From NCBI GenBank assembly GCA_002269645.1, contig NIVC01001297.1:62001-126000 (forward strand): a stretch of DNA of 64,000 nucleotides, written 5' to 3'. Made by a program: the position numbers and the translations under genes. Positions 54,137 through 63,016 of this stretch are shown piece by piece. The notes below the pieces were generated by a model. It was not told the origin of the DNA and made no database searches. It worked only from the letters and a program-made list of their open reading frames with translations. Position 1 is the stretch's first letter, and the number at the start of each line of letters is the position of its first letter. Origin of the DNA: Macrostomum lignano (taxonomy: Eukaryota).

Positions 54137-54880
54137 ATGGTCGATATTGGAGAAGGCTACAAACTTCAAGTACAAGAGTATGAAGGAGTACAGTTTATTG
54201 CGATTCGGAAATTTTATCGACATGGCAGCACAGCAAGTTTAAAACCCGGCGTTCCCGGATTTAACCTCAACATCCGACAATGGGAGAAGTTGAAAGAACT
54301 GAAGCGAACTCTCGTGAAGGCGGCCCTAGGCGGGCAACAGAGGATCATCAAACTCGGTTTTGATAAGTTTGTTGAGGTTAAGAACGGCATCATCTGGCTA
54401 AGACGGCTTCCAGAAGATTGCTGCGAAGAATTTTTGAAGCGAAACACTGTGGCCTTGGCACCAGCTCTGTGGCGAAAACTGTGGGAGCAGGCTGCATGGA
54501 TCGACGAGCAGCTGTCTGCCCCACGCCAAATTTCTGATGTGTATGAGCTGGAGTCGGGATCTTCGAGCGAGAGAAACGGTGATGATGATGACAACAGCAA
54601 CAAGGACGACACCATGCGGCTTGCGAAGACTGAGGATGAGGGCGTCCAATCAAGCACTCTACGCATCGACGATGAAGTGGTCACATCAACGCCTCTACCG
54701 GTGACAAGTGCTGCAGCTGGCTTTATCCCAAAGCAGGATTCGGATTTGCTGCAGGACCCAGTCTGGTATCGCTTCCGGGCTGAAGCAGCTGCGGTCGAGA
54801 ACGTCAGGAAGCGCAAGCAACCATATCCGCTGCGCAGGCAGAATGCCATGAGACTGCGCCTCAATGAGGATGAGGAGTGA
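54137..54880 (+). CDS. Polinton protein with two tandem PC4/Sub1-like domains and an acidic/basic tail (247 aa)
   Basis: YKLQVQEYEGVQFIAIRKFY...KPGVPGFNLNIRQWEKLKE parallels PC4 YVSVRDFKGKVLIDIREYW...KPGRKGISLNPEQWSQLKE. A second, weaker copy reads FVEVKNGIIWLRRL...VALAPALWRKLWEQAAWIDEQL. Confidence 0.75.
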   Translation: MVDIGEGYKLQVQEYEGVQFIAIRKFYRHGSTASLKPGVPGFNLNIRQWEKLKELKRTLVKAALGGQQRIIKLGFDKFVEVKNGIIWLRRLPEDCCEEFLKRNTVALAPALWRKLWEQAAWIDEQLSAPRQISDVYELESGSSSERNGDDDDNSNKDDTMRLAKTEDEGVQSSTLRIDDEVVTSTPLPVTSAAAGFIPKQDSDLLQDPVWYRFRAEAAAVENVRKRKQPYPLRRQNAMRLRLNEDEE

Positions 54881-55326
54881 AGAAGAAGAATAAGAAGTGC
54901 TTTGAAGAACTTTGGTGACTGGTGACATACTTAAATTGGCTCATTTAACAATTTCTATAATTAACATTGCTCATTTATCCAGAAAACTTAATTAAGTCTC
55001 TCCATTTAAGAAAATCATGCAACTTATTGTTTCTTATCCGCTAAAAAATATAAAAGCTTCTTTTCATAAAAAAATTGTTTTCCTTTGTTCTTGTGCTTAA
55101 GAAAAAATTAGACTGTTGACTTTTGTTTCTTGAGAAAATGGAAAAAAATTATTTGCTCCTGGCCAACCAGCTAGTTTTTCAATTTGCCCAACAGCTGCTG
55201 CATCAAGTTAGAGAAGAGGGTGGGCATAAAAATTGAAAGAGCATTGAACAGTGGCTCAATGAGCAAACCGCGAAAAGAACTTAAAAAAAATTGTTTTGCA
55301 GGCTTTCATTCAGCTTGATTTTGATA

Positions 55327-56397
55327 ATGGAAAAGATCTACTACAACCCTGCTCAGCCTGCCAGTTTCTCGGGTGTCTCAAAGCTTCTGCACGAGCTCAA
55401 GAAAACACAGGATAATCGTGAATCTAAAAAGAGCATCGGACAATGGCTGACTGAGCAGCCTGTGTACACACTGCACAAGCAAGCTAGGAGACGCTATCCT
55501 ATGGCACCAATCATTGTTAGGGCTATTGATGATCAGTGGGAACTTGACCTGGTTGAGATGATACCATTTGCAAAATACAATAACGGCTACAAGTATATTC
55601 TCACATGTATAGATGTCCTCTCTAAATCTGGTTGGGCCAGGCCTCTAAAAAACAAATCAGCTGCGGAAGTCAAGTTCGCATTCGAGAGTATCCTGAGGTG
55701 CTCAAAGCGCCAGCCACGCACAGTCCGCACGGATCAAGGAAAAGAGTTCATCAATACCAATTTTCGGGAGCTCTGTATAAGCAAGGGAATTTTGGCATTC
55801 CCCACTAATAGTGAGCAAAAAGCAGCCATCATAGAGAGGTGGAATAGAACTTTGAAAAACAAAATGTGGCGATATTTCACCCACAAGAGCACTTTGCATT
55901 GGGTTGATGTGTTGCCAAAGCTGGTCAAGTCGTACAACAACACTTACCACAGAAGCATCAAAATGGCACCGACTAGCGTATGCAAAGAGAATGAGACTGA
56001 GGTCTGGATGAACCTTTACAATGGAAGAGCCATTGAGACTGTAAATAAGCCAAAGAAGCCCAAATTCAGTGAAAAGCAGTCAGTGAGAATTTCCAATGCA
56101 CCCAGGCTATTCCACAAAGGATACAAGGCCAACTGGAGTGAGGAGGTGTACACTGTAGTATGTAGGGCACCGAAGCACTATCCGTACATGTACAAGATTA
56201 GGGACATAAAGGGTGAGGAGATCCGGGGTCTCTTTCATGAGCATGAGCTGCAGGCGGTGCCGGACTCACAGCGACTGTATGTGATTGAGAAGATTCTGAA
56301 AACGGAGAAGAGGAAGGGAAAAATTCGCTATCTGGTGAAGTGGGCCGGCTACGACTCGACAGGCTGGGTGGATGAAAAAGACTTAAGAAAGGTTTAG
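55327..56397 (+). CDS. int: Retroviral-like (rve) integrase with C-terminal chromodomain
   Basis: First ATG at 55327. DDE triad WELDLVEM / RTDQGKEF / IIERWNRTLK, with D-x33-E. Chromodomain YVIEKIL...YLVKWAGYDS..WV.EKDL. Confidence 0.96.
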   Translation: MEKIYYNPAQPASFSGVSKLLHELKKTQDNRESKKSIGQWLTEQPVYTLHKQARRRYPMAPIIVRAIDDQWELDLVEMIPFAKYNNGYKYILTCIDVLSKSGWARPLKNKSAAEVKFAFESILRCSKRQPRTVRTDQGKEFINTNFRELCISKGILAFPTNSEQKAAIIERWNRTLKNKMWRYFTHKSTLHWVDVLPKLVKSYNNTYHRSIKMAPTSVCKENETEVWMNLYNGRAIETVNKPKKPKFSEKQSVRISNAPRLFHKGYKANWSEEVYTVVCRAPKHYPYMYKIRDIKGEEIRGLFHEHELQAVPDSQRLYVIEKILKTEKRKGKIRYLVKWAGYDSTGWVDEKDLRKV

Positions 56398-56416
56398 CTT
56401 TTGCGCATCTCTTCTC

Positions 56417-57244
56417 ATGAGGTTTAACATTATAATGCGAACTATTTTGATTAACAGTGAGCATGCTGAAGGTACTCCTAGTGACTTTAATTTTTACTTG
56501 CCTTCACCTATTTACTTGGATCGAAATGTGGACTATGAGGCAGGTCTGGCTGAAATCCATCTGCCTGCTGCATGGTTCAATGTTGACGAGCCTTACTGCT
56601 TCACTGTCTCAGATGGAAGAGAGCATGAGGCCCTGGTTCTTCAACCCGGACGCTTTGCTAGAGTGGAGGAGCTGGTGGAGCGTTTGAATCAGCTGCTGGC
56701 CAACTCTGATTCGCTATTCTTTGATGCAATGAGTGACAGGGAGTCTGAGATGGAGGCTGATGAGTCCGGCCTGATGGGGCGTAGTGGCAACAGGGAATTC
56801 GGTATGAAGTTCGAAATCCGCAACTCACGAACTGTGGTGCACAACAACACTGCGAGAGCAGAGATGTTTCTCCCATCCAGCAAAATTCTGCATTGGCTGG
56901 GATTTGGAAACCAGGCTGTGAAAATCCAGCCAGGGAGCCGCGTGTCCGAGCACTGCATTGGCTGCCCGCGCACCAGCTTAATCAATGTGCACTGCAGTAT
57001 CGTTGAGTCAACTAATTGCAACTTGGGCTCCCTGTTGAGAACAGTTGGAATGAAAGCCGGCATTGAATGGGGCAACTATCAAACAAAAATATTTAAGAAA
57101 ACAATATTCTTCCCGATTCAACGAATCAGTCTTCTTCACAGCATTCGAGTTCAGCTGCGTGACATCTATGGTTGCCCACTGATTGCCCAGACACTCAGCC
57201 CTGTTCTGCTCACAGTTCAGATTCGGGAGAAACGCATTCAATGA
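56417..57244 (+). CDS. Polinton minor capsid protein (penton, single jelly-roll)
   Basis: SDFNFYLPSPIYLD...YEAGLAEIHLPAAWFN and INVHCSIVE...SLLRTV...FPIQ...IRVQLRDIYG match Polinton penton motifs as I recall them. Confidence 0.82.
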   Translation: MRFNIIMRTILINSEHAEGTPSDFNFYLPSPIYLDRNVDYEAGLAEIHLPAAWFNVDEPYCFTVSDGREHEALVLQPGRFARVEELVERLNQLLANSDSLFFDAMSDRESEMEADESGLMGRSGNREFGMKFEIRNSRTVVHNNTARAEMFLPSSKILHWLGFGNQAVKIQPGSRVSEHCIGCPRTSLINVHCSIVESTNCNLGSLLRTVGMKAGIEWGNYQTKIFKKTIFFPIQRISLLHSIRVQLRDIYGCPLIAQTLSPVLLTVQIREKRIQ

Positions 57245-57630
57245 ACTACCAGCAGCTGATCCAGCAATATTCGGGGGTGAGGACAGGACACGAAAAGCCT
57301 GCACTCTATGGCTGTGGGAGCTTTCCGGGGATCATGACATACCAGCCTCCGCCAGCGGCTACATCATCATTCTCAACGCATAGCAATGTCAGGCGCAAAA
57401 GAAATACTGAAGCAAGTCCGAAACGATTGAAGAAGAAGAAGTACACCCGAAAGGCAACTGGTAGAGATCGCACCAATAAGAGGTGCAATGAAAGAAATCC
57501 GAGCAAGGCTAGTAGGAAAAAGCTTAAGAATAGGAAGACGAAAGCAAAGAAGAATGCAGCAGGCGGAGGAAAGCGAAAGCGAAAAGTCAGCAAGAAAACT
57601 GTGAAACGCGTGCTCGACTCTCTGTCATAG
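57241..57630 (+). CDS. Small Lys/Arg-rich putative virion core (DNA-condensing) protein
   Basis: ATG overlaps the penton stop (ATGA). Very basic C-terminal two-thirds. Lies between the penton and major capsid genes. Confidence 0.65.
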   Translation: MNYQQLIQQYSGVRTGHEKPALYGCGSFPGIMTYQPPPAATSSFSTHSNVRRKRNTEASPKRLKKKKYTRKATGRDRTNKRCNERNPSKASRKKLKNRKTKAKKNAAGGGKRKRKVSKKTVKRVLDSLS

Positions 57631-57632
57631 AC

Positions 57633-58916
57633 ATGGCTTACGGATTCAATCCCAGACTTGATTTATTTAAGACGCCTGTTCTACAAACCTGCATTGAAAA
57701 AGCTACTTATGTTGATATTCACCCAGTAAATTCCATTACTGCAAACTCCCCCATTGAATTTGACTGCCACCAATCTGCCGATGAATACACTGATTTGCTT
57801 AATTCTTTTCTTTATATTCGCTGCCGCCTTGTGAGACTGGATGGGGGTTTGCTGAGGGAGGATGTTCGAGATGGAGATGGCATCATCACCGAGCGCAGAG
57901 ACAGTGACGTGCACCCAGAAAACTTTGTTTTGTCTACAGCCTTCTCAGATGTAATTGTGAGCATTAACCAGCGAGTGGTATCTGGTGGAGACCAGCTCTA
58001 TCCCTACCATGCGTACTTCAAAGCACTAATGAGCTCATCTGATGCCCAGCAACTAAAACTTTACCCTGCTGGCTTCCTGGAGCCGAACTCGGCAGCTGAA
58101 AAGCACACGGAGAGCCACAGGGAATCCCGATGGATGGAGTATGCGGGACCGCTCTTCAGCGATGTTTTCCAATGCCCAGTGTTTCTGCTAAACAATCTGC
58201 ACTTGCACATCAAACTGGTGCCCAGCGATGGGGCCTTTGCCATCAGAAGCCCGAATGCAAACAACGCGGCATACCGCATGGAAATCTCTCACTGCATTTT
58301 GCATCTTCGCCGAGTCAAAGTGGTGCCCCACATCAGCCTGGCCCACGAGCAGGGGTTGACAAACCAAAATGCACTGTATCCCATCGAGCGAACTGAAATG
58401 CAGAACTTCATCCTACCCCAGGGCATTCAATCTAAAAACATTGAAGGATTCACTCATGGAAAATTGCCGAAGTTCATCATGCTGGCCTTCGTGAGCCACC
58501 GTGCATTCAACGGTCATCATCACGCGAGCCCGTTCCAGTTCCAGAGCTTCAACCTTAGCCAGTTGGCTCTAAAGAAAGGTGGGGAAACCGTGTGTCACGG
58601 TGCCTTCACACCTGAAAACAATTCCTTTGTAAGAGAATACTTACACTACCTGAAAAGCTGTCAATCTGCAAGCCACACGAACTCGGTTCCGTGGATCCCT
58701 TACCAGCTCTTCTCCAACAACAGCACGGTGTTTGCATTCGATCTCACACCAGAGGGAGCGGCTCTGTGGTACGGACAGAAGGAGGGCAACCTGCGGTTGG
58801 AGATTCGCTTCCGACAGGCTCTGGACGAAACGGTGTCCCTGATCGCTCTGTGCCTGTATGACTCGCTGATTGAGGTCACCAAGCACCGGGAGCTTTTGCT
58901 GGACTATTCCTCTTAA
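57633..58916 (+). CDS. Polinton major capsid protein (double jelly-roll)
   Basis: LDLFKTPVLQTCIEKATYVDIHPVNSI...PIEFD...DEYTDLLNSFLYIRCRL; LPKFIMLAFV...AFNG...PFQFQ; FAFDLTP; GNLRLEIRF. Confidence 0.93.
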   Translation: MAYGFNPRLDLFKTPVLQTCIEKATYVDIHPVNSITANSPIEFDCHQSADEYTDLLNSFLYIRCRLVRLDGGLLREDVRDGDGIITERRDSDVHPENFVLSTAFSDVIVSINQRVVSGGDQLYPYHAYFKALMSSSDAQQLKLYPAGFLEPNSAAEKHTESHRESRWMEYAGPLFSDVFQCPVFLLNNLHLHIKLVPSDGAFAIRSPNANNAAYRMEISHCILHLRRVKVVPHISLAHEQGLTNQNALYPIERTEMQNFILPQGIQSKNIEGFTHGKLPKFIMLAFVSHRAFNGHHHASPFQFQSFNLSQLALKKGGETVCHGAFTPENNSFVREYLHYLKSCQSASHTNSVPWIPYQLFSNNSTVFAFDLTPEGAALWYGQKEGNLRLEIRFRQALDETVSLIALCLYDSLIEVTKHRELLLDYSS

Positions 58917-58921
58917 CTGGC

Positions 58922-59431
58922 ATGGAAGCAATTCAACTACTCCATCTCGCCAGAAAATTTTTGTCTTGCCGAAAATTCTTCATCATTACTTTACATTCAC
59001 GCTATAAAAATGTATTGTCTTTGAGTCTAAAAAGAAAATATCGATCAATTCCCTTTGAAAACAAGTTTGTGTTTATCCTACTACAGCACAATGGCTCATT
59101 TGGTCATTGGGTGGTGTGCTATGCTGGGCAAGGAAATTGCATTGAGCTGTTCAACTCCCTCGGCTGGGAACCTGAAATTTTATCTGTGGTTTATAATTTG
59201 TTTCGAGAGATTAAAACAACTGGCTTTTATCTCCGAAGCAATATAAACAGATTTCAATGTGCTAACTCTAATAAATGCGGAGTGTTTTGCATCTATTTTG
59301 CTTATCAAAAGTTGCTGATCAATCGGTCATTTGAGGGTATTTTAAAGAGTTTGCACTCTAATGAAAAAAATCATTTGAATGATAGAATCTTACAGAGGTT
59401 TGAAGCCAACTTAAGAAAAAGATGTCCGTGA
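58922..59431 (+). CDS. Adenain-like (C5) cysteine maturation protease
   Basis: GHWVVCY...ELFNSLG and FQ...SNKCGVFCIYF (His, oxyanion Gln, catalytic Cys). Confidence 0.88.
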   Translation: MEAIQLLHLARKFLSCRKFFIITLHSRYKNVLSLSLKRKYRSIPFENKFVFILLQHNGSFGHWVVCYAGQGNCIELFNSLGWEPEILSVVYNLFREIKTTGFYLRSNINRFQCANSNKCGVFCIYFAYQKLLINRSFEGILKSLHSNEKNHLNDRILQRFEANLRKRCP

Positions 59432-59460
59432 TTTTCTAGAACTATATTTATGCATTAGAC

Positions 59461-60108
59461 ATGGGAGAAAAGCGAGTTTGCTACGATATCCGCCTCAGGC
59501 AGGGAAGCTGCATGATTGTCTGCGGGCCCACCAATGCAGGAAAAACAACCTTTGTCAAACACCTGATCCAGTACAGAGACGTCATGTTTGATGTGAAGCC
59601 TGGCAGAGTTCTGTGGTACTATGGGATCTCACAGGCAGGCCATGCAGAACTGAGCAGCCTAGGTGTGCAGCTGCGCCAGGGATTCCCCACCAACATCGAG
59701 GCAGCACTTAGGCCCAATGACCTGGTTGTTTTCGATGACTTAATAGAGGAAACTTCAAATTCTGCTTCAATGCGAAATTTTTTCACAGGAATCGCACATC
59801 ACTTGCCGTGCTTTTTGGTGATGCTGACTCAGAATATATTTTTCAAGGGAAAAGAGTCGCGAACAATGAGCTTGAATGTAATGTACTTAGCTATCTTGAA
59901 AAACCCCCGAGACCAGCTGCAGATTGCAGCACTGGGCAGGCAGTGCTTTACAGAGAAGCCCGGCTTTCTGCTGTCAGTGTTCAAGCACGTGACCGCGCAG
60001 AACAGGGGAGCCTACCTGTTCCTAGACTTTCACCCATCAACTCCCGATGAGCTGCGAGTGCGGGCCAGAATTTTGCCCAACCAGCGACCCCATCTTGTAT
60101 TTGCTTAA
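59461..60108 (+). CDS. A32/FtsK-HerA family packaging ATPase
   Basis: Walker A GPTNAGKT, Walker B LVVFDDL, then MLTQN and KNPRD motifs. Confidence 0.95.
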   Translation: MGEKRVCYDIRLRQGSCMIVCGPTNAGKTTFVKHLIQYRDVMFDVKPGRVLWYYGISQAGHAELSSLGVQLRQGFPTNIEAALRPNDLVVFDDLIEETSNSASMRNFFTGIAHHLPCFLVMLTQNIFFKGKESRTMSLNVMYLAILKNPRDQLQIAALGRQCFTEKPGFLLSVFKHVTAQNRGAYLFLDFHPSTPDELRVRARILPNQRPHLVFA

Positions 60109-60150
60109 GAAAGTGAAGCTTGTTTTTTATCGGCTATTGTTTTCATCGCT

Positions 60151-60489
60151 ATGGAAGTGCTTGATTCACATGCAAGTCTTTTTGCGGTTCTTGCGTCACC
60201 TAAATATACCGTGCGCTTCAAGCAGCTGTTGATAAAAAATTGTCCAAAAGAAGTGCGTTATTTTCTTGTTGAGGCCTGTCATAATCTCTTACAAAACAAT
60301 TTATCGTTTTCGATCGATGAAAAAGCTGTTCTTGCAAAGTCAAAAGAGATAATTCGAAAAATTACTCAGCAGAGAAGAAAGATAGACTTGTTAAAGGCTG
60401 GCTTCATCAAAATACTCCCGATTCTGCTTAAGCTGGTCAAGAAAAAGAAGCAAAATGAACAAATTTTCAGAAATGGTTCTGATTTCTAA
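60151..60489 (+). CDS. Conserved small Polinton protein with C-terminal amphipathic helix
   Basis: LVEACHNLLQNNL...KIDLLKAGFIKILPILL resembles a recurrent Polinton ORF (CECxxNxLxGNxxL...GGFLxxLL). Function unknown. Confidence 0.65.
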   Translation: MEVLDSHASLFAVLASPKYTVRFKQLLIKNCPKEVRYFLVEACHNLLQNNLSFSIDEKAVLAKSKEIIRKITQQRRKIDLLKAGFIKILPILLKLVKKKKQNEQIFRNGSDF

Positions 60490-61147
60490 AGCAGAGTATG
60501 AGATGTTAGTGCAGAATTTGAAGCCAAATGAGACTAGCACTGACGCTGACTTGAAGCAGGCTCAGAAGAAATGCGATGATATCTTGTATGCCGAGGATTA
60601 TCCAGAAGATGTGAAAACCGCCATGTATCAAAGTGCAATGCAAAGTTTGCTGGCCAAGCGCAAGCACGCTGGAAAAGAAGGATCACGAAATACTGAAGCC
60701 AAGTTGATGAAAATAGAGACACCCCAGATGAACACCTGGGAAGAGAAGATCAGCAAGTCGGTGCCACAGAAATTCAAAACCAGGGCTCGCAGTCTATGGA
60801 CGATCCTGTCCACCAATCCAGAGCTGATTGGAGTTTGTGAAAACGGAGAGGTGGAAATCGCAGGCACGTCAATCCCTTCCTCAAACATACTGGACTTGAT
60901 TCAGCACGCAGTGAGGGATTCGTCATGTGAGCGTGAACCAGTTGGGTGGAACGAGTTCATCGATTTGCTGCAGCAGAAAAAGCTTAATGTTCCGCTTTCC
61001 GCTATTGGTAAATCAGTTAAGAAGAAAATGGCAACCAGCAGAGGGGGTGAACTGGAGAAAGAACAGGAGAGTCTAGTCAAGGGGTACGGGAGCAACACAG
61101 CCTGGCTGAAACTGCCTGGCAGAAAAGTATATAAGAAGGTGGACTGA
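60455..61147 (+). CDS. Conserved Polinton hypothetical protein (230 aa)
   Basis: EMVLIS...DDIL...EDVKTAMYQSAMQ and KTRARSLW...GEVEIAGTSIPSSNILDLI resemble a recurrent Polinton ORF. Confidence 0.7.
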   Translation: MNKFSEMVLISKAEYEMLVQNLKPNETSTDADLKQAQKKCDDILYAEDYPEDVKTAMYQSAMQSLLAKRKHAGKEGSRNTEAKLMKIETPQMNTWEEKISKSVPQKFKTRARSLWTILSTNPELIGVCENGEVEIAGTSIPSSNILDLIQHAVRDSSCEREPVGWNEFIDLLQQKKLNVPLSAIGKSVKKKMATSRGGELEKEQESLVKGYGSNTAWLKLPGRKVYKKVD

Positions 61148-61175
61148 CTCCGAAATTTCGAGGGAAAGCTGCATC

Positions 61176-62027
61176 ATGAACTACATTGACTTCCAAGGAT
61201 TCCCGTGCAACAGCACAAGCAAAAACTTTGTTGTGAAGGAGTTGGCAGTTGTTCAAGTCAGAGCGGGAAGCTACCGAATTGCTCACCATGTGTACGCACC
61301 TCCGTATCCATGGGAGAGAGTCTCACCTGACATGCGAGTTTGCTACAGACAGCTATCAAAGAGTCTGCACCAGTTTAAGTGGAATGATGGAACCCGTCCG
61401 TACATGGAACTGGCGGAAGACATTCTGAGGATTGCCAGTGGTCCGATCTGGACAAATGGGGAAAGGAAGTCTATTTTCCTGACTGAGCTGCTTGGTAGAC
61501 AGGTTTATAACCTAGAAGATTTGGGAGCACCCTCGACTGAAGATTCAGATACTGGCTGTGCAGTGAGAAATTCGTTGCTGCACTACAGTTGGCTTAAGCC
61601 AAAGTTCTGCATCAACTTAAGAAGCGAGCAGTGTCCGTGGCACACGAGCAGTAAAGTTGGCAGAAGCAGATTTGGTGAAGAAGTTGACGATCGAAATGAG
61701 CCCACCAGCTACAGCCCTAAGAGTGAGCAATCTGGTTGGCGGAGTAGATCTGAGGCTGGATGGTGGCAGGGGCGCTCAGCTACCTCTACGGGAACTGGCT
61801 CTCAGCATGGCTCATGTGATCTACCGGCCCGTCTGGCCCCGGGTGCTCATCAAGCGGATGCGAAGTCCCAGAGTGACTCTGCTACTCTACCCTACTGGGC
61901 AACTGAGCATCTGCGGTGCCAAGACCCACGCAGACGCCAAAAGGGCTGCCCGTCGCTTCGTGGCTATGCTGCATCGGAGAGTGCCAGCTCAACTGCTGCC
62001 TCCTCAAGCCATTTGTGTTCGGATTAA
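61176..62027 (+). CDS. DnaQ/DEDD-fold exonuclease-like Polinton protein; conserved part ends ~61600
   Basis: YIDFQGF...FVVKELAVV...APPYPW...HQFKWNDG..PY...VYNLEDLGAP...CAVRN. The distal ~120 codons overlap the TBP-like ORF. Confidence 0.65.
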   Translation: MNYIDFQGFPCNSTSKNFVVKELAVVQVRAGSYRIAHHVYAPPYPWERVSPDMRVCYRQLSKSLHQFKWNDGTRPYMELAEDILRIASGPIWTNGERKSIFLTELLGRQVYNLEDLGAPSTEDSDTGCAVRNSLLHYSWLKPKFCINLRSEQCPWHTSSKVGRSRFGEEVDDRNEPTSYSPKSEQSGWRSRSEAGWWQGRSATSTGTGSQHGSCDLPARLAPGAHQADAKSQSDSATLPYWATEHLRCQDPRRRQKGCPSLRGYAASESASSTAASSSHLCSD

Positions 62028-62286
62028 AACTATTACTGCTCATGGTAAATTTAACTTCTGCAATGCTTTGTCCCTCACAAATCTTGCTGCCTCTGGCATA
62101 CTGTCTTACGCTGAGTATGAGCCCGAGTCGTTCTCTGCTCTAATTTATACATTACGTTATTGTAAATGCTTGTTATTTCATACTGGTTCTTTTGTTCTTA
62201 GTGGAGCAAAATCTATGAGCATGTTGCGCTTCGACCTTTCTACGTTACATAGTTTAATCAGCCAGTTTATCACCTATCAAAAATAA
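61696..62286 (+). CDS. TATA-binding-protein (TBP)-like protein encoded inside the Polinton (196 aa from first ATG)
   Basis: Two TBP repeats: VSNLVGGVDL...LRELALSMAHVIYRPVWPRVLIKRMRSPRVTLLLYPTGQLSICGAKTHADAKRAARRF and IKTITAHGKF...AEYEPESFSALIYTL..CKCLLFHTGSFVLSGAKS. These parallel TBP LQNIVSTVNL...YNPKRF...IFSSGKMVCTGAKS...AARKY and YEPELFPGLIY...IFVSGKVVLTGAK. AATAAA overlaps the stop. Confidence 0.9.
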   Translation: MSPPATALRVSNLVGGVDLRLDGGRGAQLPLRELALSMAHVIYRPVWPRVLIKRMRSPRVTLLLYPTGQLSICGAKTHADAKRAARRFVAMLHRRVPAQLLPPQAICVRIKTITAHGKFNFCNALSLTNLAASGILSYAEYEPESFSALIYTLRYCKCLLFHTGSFVLSGAKSMSMLRFDLSTLHSLISQFITYQK

Positions 62287-63016
62287 ACAAAAAGTGTGTT
62301 CCGTTTGTTCTTGAATGTTTGCGTAAATTCATTACGGAAAACCGCATCTTTAAATTATTTATTTTTATTTTAAAAAATAAGTTTTAACTAAAAAATTAAA
62401 GGTGAAATGAGCATAGAATAATTGAAAACTGGGAGCTAAAACGCGTAATCAGATCTCTCCCCTCACAAAAACAGAAAAAGGGCATAGAACCCATTCCAAA
62501 AAGGTTCTGCCAAAAGCGAAATTGCTTAGATTGATACACGTGAATGAAGAAATTAATTAATCAAACTCGACTGACACTCATACATGTAACTGGACCGCAA
62601 AATTACAAGATAGAGGCAAGAAATTTCAACAAAAGCAATGCAAAGAAATGTTTTAGCATCATGTTAAAAAATTAATAAATGAACATAAAACTCAGCAATA
62701 AAAATTTCAATACATTAAATTTACTGACTTTGCAATTTAATATTACGAGTAGAAATCGTGCAGTTACAAGGTACTGAAATAAAATTACTAATAAATTAAT
62801 AGCTAGCATTAAGACTTCAGACAAAAAGTTCAAAAAGACACTAAAATTACGGTGAAACAGGGGAGGCAAATTGCTGCAACTTCTTCTATCTGAGATAGCA
62901 AAATTGAGACAGCATATAATTTAAACGGATAAAGGCGAGTATATGTTTGAAGAAACCAAAGACTAAATATTCAGAATAAAATGTGTAGAGGCCGTGTGAT
63001 AAAAAGTTATACTCAG

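Noticed and set aside
55291-61657. TTG starts given by the ORF track for integrase (55291) and the TBP-like gene (61657)
   Set aside because: In-frame ATGs at 55327 and 61696 immediately precede the conserved domains and are more plausible in a eukaryotic host.
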